Shown: positions 22,320-30,051 of the stretch, one piece after another
How the letters are laid out: each line of letters begins with the position of its first letter
How positions within the stretch are numbered: the stretch's first letter is position 1
Assembly: GCF_001412615.1 (NCBI RefSeq)
Contig: NZ_CP013011.1
Location: 1,320,001 to 1,352,000, forward strand
Direction of reading: 5' to 3'
Length of the DNA stretch: 32,000 nucleotides
From: Pyrodictium delaneyi
Lineage (GTDB): Archaea; Thermoproteota; Thermoprotei_A; Sulfolobales; Pyrodictiaceae
Translations under genes and position numbers: made by a program
The notes under the pieces: generated by a model
The model's database searches: none
What the model was told of the DNA's origin: nothing
What the model saw: only the letters and a program-made list of their open reading frames with translations

Positions 22320-22734
22320 CCTCTAGGACACCTAAGACCATTATTTAGGCCCGGTGCGTAACTACGGCGTCCACACATACCAAGAACAAGAAGAAACGCT
22401 GGAGAGCCCTGCAAGGTGTACAGCCTGGTGCAGACATTATATATACACGTACAGTGCGGGGGAGAGGGTACCCTGGCGACTTTTTAGATAGTGTCTTGGC
22501 CCATCATAGCCTCTCTTTGGCTGCTTAACCCTGGTTGCTGGGAATCGGCGGCCCCCGGGTCCGGGGCAGTCCTTCCCGTAAGTGTAGTGTTTGTGTCTGC
22601 AGTAGCGTGCTGTGGAGCTGCATTCTGGGTGTGTATCTGCTGTTAGGATCTGGGATCCCTGGTGTCTTGTAGGGTGGTGGATTCCGGGTGAGACTGGGGC
22701 GGGCTGCGCCACCGTTTAACACTTATATATCTCT

Positions 22735-23256
22735 GTGTATACTATGTTGCTGGGCTGGCTTGGGCCTGTAGTGGTGCCGGCCGCTTTGCCGCGTAGGCCT
22801 AGTCTCCGCGGCCCCTTCCGGGTCAAGAGGCGCCGCACCTGCAAGCAGTGCGGCAGAGTACTGGGGAGGGGGAGCGAGTACTGGCTAGCCGGCGGCAGAA
22901 CCCTCTGCCCCAAGTGTACACGCAGCCTAGCAGCCAGGCGGCTGCAGGAGGACCTCCGCCAGGAGTACCAGCGCATCCTAAGGGAGCTAGAGCCCCAGCA
23001 CTGGCAGCGCCTCAAACCCGAGGTCTTCCTAACACTCCTAGTCCACGGGCTACTCCCGCCGCTAGAGAGCGACCTCTACGACGACGAGAAGCTCACAGTA
23101 ATGATCCGGCTCCTAAGGTACGCGAGGGAGCACCCATACGCGGATGCGCTAAGGCGGCTCGGCGAGACACCAGAGGCGATAGTGGACAGCTTCCTCAGCG
23201 AGAAGCAGTGGTACATCAACTGGAAGGCTAGGCACCCGCTGAGAGCATATAGGTGA
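22735..23256 (+). CDS. Hypothetical Zn-ribbon protein
   Basis: 173 aa. CKQCGRVLGRGSEYWLAGGRTLCPKC (CxxC-x17-CxxC) is followed by a helical domain. Start uncertain: GTG 22735, ATG 22744 or downstream GTGs. TTATATAT at 22723-22730. Confidence 0.5.
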   Translation: MYTMLLGWLGPVVVPAALPRRPSLRGPFRVKRRRTCKQCGRVLGRGSEYWLAGGRTLCPKCTRSLAARRLQEDLRQEYQRILRELEPQHWQRLKPEVFLTLLVHGLLPPLESDLYDDEKLTVMIRLLRYAREHPYADALRRLGETPEAIVDSFLSEKQWYINWKARHPLRAYR

Positions 23257-23334
23257 ACACCCGGGCATAGAGGGCCAGTACCTAAGACGTTTACACGGAG
23301 AGCCCCCAGAGGGTGCCCCCTCGTCTTGGGCGGC

Positions 23335-23982
23335 ATGCTTCTCGCTGCGAGCCTGGGGTTCGACGAGCGGCCAGTTACCCACGCCATGGCCGATACGCGG
23401 CCCCGCTGTGTAGCCCTCTTCGCGCCCCGTGTAGGCGGGGAGACACGGCGGCTCGATGACGCCCTGCTGCTCGTGAGGAGGTTCGCCGAGGCCCTCGGAG
23501 CGAGGCTGGAGGTCTACTGGCTCGACGTGGGCCGCGCGGGGCTCGAGGAGCTAGTCTACATGGTCAAGGAGCACGTCCGCAGACTCGTCAGAGAGTGCAG
23601 CGTCGACCGGGTGGTGTTCGCCCCGAGGGCCGGGCTACGGGTACTCACGGTAGTCCTAACAGTGGCCGCTATGGGGCTCGCCCTCGAGCCCGGCCAGAGA
23701 GTCACACTGCTCCTACGAGAGGAGAGCATCGGCGCCGTCTACGAGACCGACGCGGCGTCGCTAGCCCCGGTGGAGCTAGGCGAGGAGGAGAGGAGAGTAC
23801 TCAGACTCCTAGCCAAGCATACCCTGGAAGGCCGCGGCCTCGGCGTACGGGAGGCAGCCGAGCTACTCGGCATACCACGGTCCACCGTGCACCGGCGGCT
23901 CCAGGCACTAGCCGAGAAGGGGCTCGCCTACAGGGCCGAGGACGGCTACAGGGCGACACCCCGCGGCATAGCCTCAGCATAG
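23335..23982 (+). CDS. Csa3-like regulator (CARF + winged HTH), second copy
   Basis: 215 aa from ATG 23335. MLLAASLGFDERPVTHAM resembles the Csa3 N-terminal strand-helix (xVTxGF(N/D)E). C-terminal EEERRVLRLLAKHTLEGRGLGVREAAELLGIPRSTVHRRLQALAEKGLAY is a wHTH. Convergent with the cmr operon. Confidence 0.7.
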   Translation: MLLAASLGFDERPVTHAMADTRPRCVALFAPRVGGETRRLDDALLLVRRFAEALGARLEVYWLDVGRAGLEELVYMVKEHVRRLVRECSVDRVVFAPRAGLRVLTVVLTVAAMGLALEPGQRVTLLLREESIGAVYETDAASLAPVELGEEERRVLRLLAKHTLEGRGLGVREAAELLGIPRSTVHRRLQALAEKGLAYRAEDGYRATPRGIASA

Positions 23983-24276
23983 CGTCCCGCAGCCCCGGGA
24001 CGCATTATCGGCGGTGAAGACCGGCATAGCCTAAGCCGTCCCGGCACCTCTAGAGAGCCAGACGCTAGGATGCACGCTCCGCCCTCCAGCTATACAAGCA
24101 GTCTCTATGGGAGATGCCCTAGCAGCAGAGCTACTCCAACACCCACTGGCTGTCCTCGAAGCAGCAGACCAACTGCCCTCTCGGGGCTACAGCTAGCAAG
24201 GAGCTAGAGAAGATTATACGAGGGGATTGGAAACGCTGAGAACTGTAATCGTCTGGAGAAAAGCTGCACATGATGT

Positions 24277-25338
24277 CTAGGCGACTACCACGGTGCCCCA
24301 TCCGAGCCTCGTATAGGCTCCTAGACCTCTACGGGCGGCCTCCTTTGCAGCTCTGCAGGGGTCTTCCCGGGTAGTCGCTACCACGATTGTGCCAGCTGGT
24401 ACGAGTAGGAGAGGCGGGCGATGCACCTCCCGTGCCATACTCCAGCCAGGCATCACGGCTTCTACTGGCTCGCGTGTCAGCTGCACTATGTAGGGCTCTC
24501 TGGGCTCGAGGATGCTCTCGAGCCCCGCGGCGCTGACTAGGCTCTCGGCTAGCCTCTTCGCGGCGCTCTTTGTCAGCTCTATGACGCCGGCCCAGGGGCT
24601 CTCGTCTAGTAATGCTGGCGAGACTAGTAGCAGGAGAAGCGTGTTGTTGCCGCTGCATGCAGAGAGGAGGCCCACTGGCTCGGTGTCGGAGCTACGTAGG
24701 ACTAGCTGGGCTGGACGCTGCTCTCCCCCAAGCGTGGTCATAAATCTTTTCTCACCCTCCTCTATGGGGCTCTTGGAGGCCTCCACTAGGGCTACGAACT
24801 CCACAAGCTCTGTGCCCTGAAGGGGGTCCAGCATCCCTATAGTATAGAGCATCCCGGGGGCAGCTGTCTTACTAGAACGGTTTAGGGCTATACCGGTGCG
24901 CCTCAACACCCTAGCCTGGAGAGACGAGCCGGCCTTCAGACCCTCCATGAGCCCCTCGAAGAGGAGCCGGGGTCTACCGCTGAGCGGTGCGACGCTGGCT
25001 AGTAGCTTCTTCACAGTATCTAGGGGAGCGTAGCCCCTGCTGGTGTAGACGTAGAGCTTGCCGCTGTGCCTAGCTAGCCCGGTGTACAGGTGGTATTTCT
25101 CCCCGAAGAGCGATTCCAGGCAGGCCTCAGTGTCACCGTAGACCCCGGGTCTCTGTGCCCTGCTGCAGGCTCCCGCCTCGTAGGCTAGAGAGGCTAGTGC
25201 TCCCGCTATGGTTGAGGGCATGGGGTATGCTAGGGTCTCGCTGGCTGCGCCGGGGCCGTGGACACGGGCTTCGAACACGCCTGGACGCCGGAACGACATA
25301 GGCCAAGCCGACCTGAACGCGGCCTCCAACACGGGCAC
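24277..25338 (-). CDS. cmr3: Cmr3 (Cas5-family RAMP of type III-B)
   Basis: 353 aa with a GTG start. Motifs: YPMPSTIAGALASLAY, TGIALNRSSKTAAPGMLYT, TTLGGEQRPAQL and C-terminal RLGWGTVVVA match Cmr3 hallmarks. Sits immediately downstream of cas10. Confidence 0.8.
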   Translation of the reverse strand: MPVLEAAFRSAWPMSFRRPGVFEARVHGPGAASETLAYPMPSTIAGALASLAYEAGACSRAQRPGVYGDTEACLESLFGEKYHLYTGLARHSGKLYVYTSRGYAPLDTVKKLLASVAPLSGRPRLLFEGLMEGLKAGSSLQARVLRRTGIALNRSSKTAAPGMLYTIGMLDPLQGTELVEFVALVEASKSPIEEGEKRFMTTLGGEQRPAQLVLRSSDTEPVGLLSACSGNNTLLLLLVSPALLDESPWAGVIELTKSAAKRLAESLVSAAGLESILEPREPYIVQLTREPVEAVMPGWSMAREVHRPPLLLVPAGTIVVATTREDPCRAAKEAARRGLGAYTRLGWGTVVVA

Positions 25339-25352
25339 GCCGCGGCCACCCC

Positions 25353-28300
25353 CTAGGAGGATGTGGTGCCCTCTTTCCGCCTCGGGGGCCTCCTAGCAGC
25401 TGTACGCGTGACTCCCGCTGCATGGAAAACCATGGAGGCTAGAGGGGCTCTTACAAGGCACTCACACAGCTCGACAGCCAGTCCAGAGTTCTCCAGTATA
25501 GCGGCTACCATGCTGTCCTTCTCGGTAGCCACAGCTACAGAGGCTACTGCATTGATGAGGTCCTCTCTAGCCCTATCCGGTAGGCTAATCCTGCTACCCA
25601 GGATATCCGCCACTTTATCTAGCTCGTTCTGGGCGGCAGCGGCGAGCCTGCGTGTAGCAGCATACTCGTCCTCCTCGCCTGGCTTCTTGCAGCGGCTGCG
25701 CTCGCAGCAATTACGCATCAGATAGTGCTCGATAAGGCTCAGAGCGGCCCTCATATCTCTCTCAGCTAGTTCTGCTAGTAGCCTTGTATCGCCGGTTAGG
25801 TCGCGTATAACGCTGGCGGAGAGTGCCAGCTCGTAGCTCTTAGCTCCACATTCCTCTATAGAGAACAGTATGGCCTTGACTAGGGCGCCGGTTAGCCCGG
25901 CATCTCCTCCCCCGGGCTCTAGGCCTAGAGTAAATGGTAGCACTGCTACGCCGCTAACCTCGCTAGCAACTATCAGGGCATCCTTACATCTGGCTACACC
26001 ACCGAGACAACTACCTCCATACTCGAGATAGGCTATACTGTCCTTAGCGTCTAGCAGTTCGTGGGCAGTGCGGAATGCTAACCACATAGGAGTCTTAGCA
26101 TGTGCATAGTAGACCACTGTGCTGCGGCCAGCGCCCCGGATAGCCGGGACCACGACCCCTAGAGGCCTATGATGCTCTCTGTGGTCACCATTCCCGCCCG
26201 GCACGTAGACGTGGAACCCGTTAGGGTACGCCTTTAGCCCCCAGTAGCTCCGCCGAGCCGCTATAGCGGCAGCGAGCGCGGGGTAGGGTACACCTCTCTC
26301 CCGTGGATCCCCGGTGCCAGGCGGCAGGATGGCCACAAGGTCGTCGCCACCAGCGTAGACTAGGAAGCCGCCGAGCACCTCCACAATAGCGCGATCCATA
26401 ACAGCGGATGCCGCCAGGGCTCTGGATACCGTGTAGTGGTAGGAGGGCGTAACTACTAGTGTTAGCCTCCTCTCTGGGCACCCTAGCCTATAGCCTTGCT
26501 CCCCTCCTCCAGCCTCCGGCCTCCTGAGCACCTCATCTAGCGCGTCTACGAGTGCCGCGAAGGCCTCAGCTATAGCCCTCCTAGCCTCTGGGTCCGCTAC
26601 CTCTAGCAGCGTCTCCATGTACCTGTGGGGCTCTACGCCGAGCCGGCCCTGCAGCACCCCCCGGCCCATGAAGTCGCCGTCAGCAGCCACCACAGCATAG
26701 TAGGCTGAGCCATACCCAGCAGCCTCATCCAGGGCCTTGATAAGCCGGGCGCCGATATCGCCTGCAGCATAGGCGTTAGCAACAGAGTTACGCAGCCCAG
26801 CGTCAACAAGGAGTGAGGGCACACTAGACTCTAGAGCTCCTACTAGCCTCTCCGTGTTAATGTTCGCTGCCTCCTCATCCTCCTGAAGCTTATCCCGGAC
26901 TATCTTGATCAGCTCCTTCCTCTTGTCTTCCTCTAGCCACTTCTCCACGCCGTAGCTGAGATGGCCACTCGTGACGAGAGAGTACAGCTTACGTAGATCG
27001 TCGACGCTGAGCCCCCCTATGAACTTCTTTAAGGCCTCTGCTAGCTTGGCGCGGTTCACGTGTAGCCTGGAAGTGTAGGCGTCAACACTGCTAGCCACTA
27101 GCTTCTCTCTGTGACTCTCCTCAAGCTCTAGGCCCACGAGCTGTCCTGCTATTCCCTTCTTGCCTGCCTCCTGGATGCCTTGTAGCATGGTACGGAGCAT
27201 ACGCTTGACTAGACAGTATGGGCAAAGTCTCTCACCACGAGCCTCAGCTAGCAACCTAGCGGCTGTGGCACTTTCTGCTTCTCCACTACTTCTTCGCATC
27301 TCATCTATGACTCTTGTCAACTTTTCATACGCTCTGCTCCCCGGCTCCGGGGGGTTGATGAGCGCTACCGCGCGGCCACATACGGTACAGAGTCGTGGCT
27401 GCACCTTCTCCTGTTTATCAATGGTGCCGAGGTACGTGTTGTACATGCTCTGGGCGTAGTCTAGGTAGCCCTTCCCGCTACGGCGGCTAGCCCTTATGAG
27501 GGCCTCCTTCTCCTCCCTCGGCAGATATACTAGCTGGAGGAATGCGTAGAAGAGTAGGTCACGGTCGCCACGTAGCCCCTCTAGCACCTTGACAGCGTAA
27601 TCGTCGTCTCCGCCTCCCAGTCTCCTCCGTGCCCGATCCCATACCCGGCACTCCCGGAGCCACTCCTCATACTCCCTATAGGCCTCTGCAACGTCGACTA
27701 CCGTGATGCGTAGAGGCAGCGGCGGCTCCAGCCCCTCTAGTAGCTCTCGTATATCCCTGGCCTCGGCTAGGCGTAGAAGCACCCGGAGCCCTTGTAACTC
27801 TCTCCGTAGCTCTCCATCCTCGTACTGTTCTAGCAGCTTCCTAACCTCGCCCTCCTTAAGGACCTTTACCAGCTCCTCGACGTAGCTTGCCAGCTCGCCG
27901 ATGATACCTCGCCACACAGCAGCATAACTTGATACGATGTTCTTCTCCACTTCCTGGGGTGTTCCAGCCTCCCGCGGCAGAATGATGAGCACGCGTGACG
28001 GCACAGTGGGGTCTATTGGCCAGCCCTGGAACCAAGGCTCAAGCACACTATGGAGCACATCAACAGCACGGCTTTCCCGGGCCTCCTTCTCCAGGTCGCT
28101 CCACCTTCTGAAGCCTAGCTTGCTGAGCAGCCACGCCGTGTAGAACGGGTGTAGCCGGGCCGGCGGCTGAAGCAGTACATCCGGGCCAAATCTCTCTACA
28201 AGAGGCTCAACACTTTTCCACGCAAGGAAGCTAGCAAGCCACGATGCAGCCCACATGTCGCGTAGCCGCCGAGCCTCGCTTATCCAGCTCTGCACCGAGG

Positions 28301-29084
28301 CAAGGTCGACAACGACTAGGTAGCCCCTCGGAGTGACATCCCCATCCCTCGCGCCGCTGAACCAGTTGGCCATAGCCATAGCTGCCGAGACATGGTCGAA
28401 CACCGTATGGCCCGGTACACGTGTATCAGCAGGCGGCGCCTGCCCTGGGAACACCTTGTACCATAGATGCTCCATGAGCAAGGTCGCGACATGGACTAGT
28501 AGCAGGCCACAGCCATAGTTACCCCCGGCACTGCACGCTCTCTCTACAAGCTTGGCTACAGTACTGGCATAGACTCTGACAAACTCCTCTAAACGGTCGA
28601 TAGACGGGGCAGAGCTGTTCACGATGACGAGTTCTGGGTCGAATGGATTCTTGTAGGCAAGCCTATTGGTGCCCAGCTTCCTGCCTAGCGCGTTCTCAGC
28701 GGCATGTACCACAAGCCTATCGAGTGCAGACGAGAACGCGTCAGCCCTCTCCACGCTGGAATCGCGCCTACAGAGTAGCCGGAGAGCCTCAAACGCTACA
28801 CCAGTTGCATCCCCGACACGCCTTCTGCCTAGCTCCCCTGCAAGAACTGCTAGGAAGAGAGCACCCTGCAGCTCGTGGGCCCGGAGACTCTTCTTCAGCT
28901 CCTCGTAGCTACCGCAGCCTGCCTCCCTCAAGGCATAGTTCACGCTATCCCTAAACACCTGGTAGAGCCTCTCGTGGAGACCCGGCAGCCTACCTAGCAC
29001 CGTCCACGGCTTCCACGGCGGATCATGGAAGAGTATAGCTAGCTTGACAGCCTCGAGACGGGTCATGGAGAGCCACCCCCGCAT
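25353..29084 (-). CDS. cmr2: Cas10/Cmr2 large subunit of type III-B
   Basis: 1243 aa. Motifs: N-terminal AILFHDPPWKPW (HD at nt 29022-29027), PADTRVPGHTVFDHVSA, Zn-finger pairs CTVCGRA...CPYCLVKR, first palm VVAADGDFMG (DGD at 26673-26681), and cyclase motif VYAGGDDLVAILP (GGDD at 26340-26351). Alternative start at ATG 29066. Confidence 0.9.
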   Translation of the reverse strand: MRGWLSMTRLEAVKLAILFHDPPWKPWTVLGRLPGLHERLYQVFRDSVNYALREAGCGSYEELKKSLRAHELQGALFLAVLAGELGRRRVGDATGVAFEALRLLCRRDSSVERADAFSSALDRLVVHAAENALGRKLGTNRLAYKNPFDPELVIVNSSAPSIDRLEEFVRVYASTVAKLVERACSAGGNYGCGLLLVHVATLLMEHLWYKVFPGQAPPADTRVPGHTVFDHVSAAMAMANWFSGARDGDVTPRGYLVVVDLASVQSWISEARRLRDMWAASWLASFLAWKSVEPLVERFGPDVLLQPPARLHPFYTAWLLSKLGFRRWSDLEKEARESRAVDVLHSVLEPWFQGWPIDPTVPSRVLIILPREAGTPQEVEKNIVSSYAAVWRGIIGELASYVEELVKVLKEGEVRKLLEQYEDGELRRELQGLRVLLRLAEARDIRELLEGLEPPLPLRITVVDVAEAYREYEEWLRECRVWDRARRRLGGGDDDYAVKVLEGLRGDRDLLFYAFLQLVYLPREEKEALIRASRRSGKGYLDYAQSMYNTYLGTIDKQEKVQPRLCTVCGRAVALINPPEPGSRAYEKLTRVIDEMRRSSGEAESATAARLLAEARGERLCPYCLVKRMLRTMLQGIQEAGKKGIAGQLVGLELEESHREKLVASSVDAYTSRLHVNRAKLAEALKKFIGGLSVDDLRKLYSLVTSGHLSYGVEKWLEEDKRKELIKIVRDKLQEDEEAANINTERLVGALESSVPSLLVDAGLRNSVANAYAAGDIGARLIKALDEAAGYGSAYYAVVAADGDFMGRGVLQGRLGVEPHRYMETLLEVADPEARRAIAEAFAALVDALDEVLRRPEAGGGEQGYRLGCPERRLTLVVTPSYHYTVSRALAASAVMDRAIVEVLGGFLVYAGGDDLVAILPPGTGDPRERGVPYPALAAAIAARRSYWGLKAYPNGFHVYVPGGNGDHREHHRPLGVVVPAIRGAGRSTVVYYAHAKTPMWLAFRTAHELLDAKDSIAYLEYGGSCLGGVARCKDALIVASEVSGVAVLPFTLGLEPGGGDAGLTGALVKAILFSIEECGAKSYELALSASVIRDLTGDTRLLAELAERDMRAALSLIEHYLMRNCCERSRCKKPGEEDEYAATRRLAAAAQNELDKVADILGSRISLPDRAREDLINAVASVAVATEKDSMVAAILENSGLAVELCECLVRAPLASMVFHAAGVTRTAARRPPRRKEGTTSS

Positions 29085-29102
29085 ATGCGGGGCGACAGAG
29101 AA

Positions 29103-30029
29103 TTATGCCTTGGGTTTGGGCTTAGCTATGCGGGCTGAGACAAGCTGGAAAACACCATAGCCCTTAGTCGTCCTAGCACCGATACCGCCCTTCGCAAGAG
29201 CAGAGGACACGAGAGCAGCAACACTAACCTCTACAGAGTCGTTGTTAACGTGCAGCCCTAGAGCCCCAAGCGCCTCTGCTATCTCGTTCCTCCTATCAAG
29301 AGGAAGAGCTGTTATGAATCTGAAGACTACGCCCGGTGCCAGCACGACATGCGGTACAGGGACTGGCTGTGCCTCGTACTCGTAGCGAACCGGCTCACCC
29401 CCACGGTGATAATGAGGCGTAATGACGGCTGGCTCCACGAGGCGGCCACGGCGACCAGGCTCTACCGGGTATGCATCAAGGAAGAGCAGAGAACCCATAG
29501 AGCCGTCGGAGTCGCTACTATCGCCAAAGAGTGCTCTTAGAGCATCAAGCCTCTCAGCATGCTCCTTCTCGGCAACACATTTATCCTCCGATCCTCTACG
29601 CCTTGCACGGAGCCTATCACAGCCGGCAGACACCTCTGCAAACGCGGAGACTGCGCCCTTGAAGCTAGACCCGGGCACATACGGCAAGTCCAGCAAGAGA
29701 TCCCAGGCAAGTCCCACCTCGAACACAGAGGCTAGAAGCCCACCCCCAGCACCCACTAGGCCACGATCAGTAAGCTTGGCATCAATCACTACGACCGCGT
29801 GGCCAGTCTCCAGTAATCCCTTTACTTGTTCGTCTAGTAGATTCCGTACTAGCGCTATCCTGGCACTCGACGTCCCTACGATTAACGATGTGAGGCTTTC
29901 GCTAATCTGTCGGAGCACTTCAGGTTTTTCATCCTTTAGACTGAGGAGGCCTTTTTTCTTGACCGTACCGAGTACAGCTTCTGTATAATCATTAATTGTA
30001 CGTAGGAGGATACTACCAAACTTCTTCAC
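29103..30029 (-). CDS. cmr6: Cmr6-like RAMP with N-terminal extension
   Basis: 308 aa. LPYVPGSSFKGAV, LFGDSS...GSLLFLDAYP, VITPHYH and the G-rich loop GGIGARTTKGYGVF fit Cmr6. The first ~90 residues form an extra helical-looking segment. Confidence 0.7.
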   Translation of the reverse strand: MKKFGSILLRTINDYTEAVLGTVKKKGLLSLKDEKPEVLRQISESLTSLIVGTSSARIALVRNLLDEQVKGLLETGHAVVVIDAKLTDRGLVGAGGGLLASVFEVGLAWDLLLDLPYVPGSSFKGAVSAFAEVSAGCDRLRARRRGSEDKCVAEKEHAERLDALRALFGDSSDSDGSMGSLLFLDAYPVEPGRRGRLVEPAVITPHYHRGGEPVRYEYEAQPVPVPHVVLAPGVVFRFITALPLDRRNEIAEALGALGLHVNNDSVEVSVAALVSSALAKGGIGARTTKGYGVFQLVSARIAKPKPKA

Positions 30030-30051
30030 CGTGAACTCACCTCTTAGTGTC

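Noticed and set aside
22437-22722. 91-aa and 65-aa minus-strand ORFs. I also tested the interval by eye for SRP RNA and RNase P RNA.
   Set aside because: The ORF products look non-protein-like (basic, Cys/His/Pro-rich) and overlap each other. Resemblances to SRP helix 8 (AAGCAGCC) and to RNase P CR-I/CR-V are partial and in the wrong relative positions. The interval is kept only as an unassigned ncRNA candidate.
23982-24003. An 8-bp stem hairpin GCGTCCCG-CAGCCC-CGGGACGC overlapping the stop of the second csa3-like gene. A similar hairpin, CCTCGGCA...TGCCGAGG, lies near 6209-6244.
   Set aside because: Archaeal termination generally relies on oligo-T tracts, and none follows these hairpins. 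They are not called as terminators.
24131-24271. A 46-codon minus-strand ORF starting 5 nt after the cmr3 stop (MCSFSPDDYSSQRF...).
   Set aside because: It has no motif, a Ser-rich composition and no conservation evidence. It is too short to support from sequence alone.
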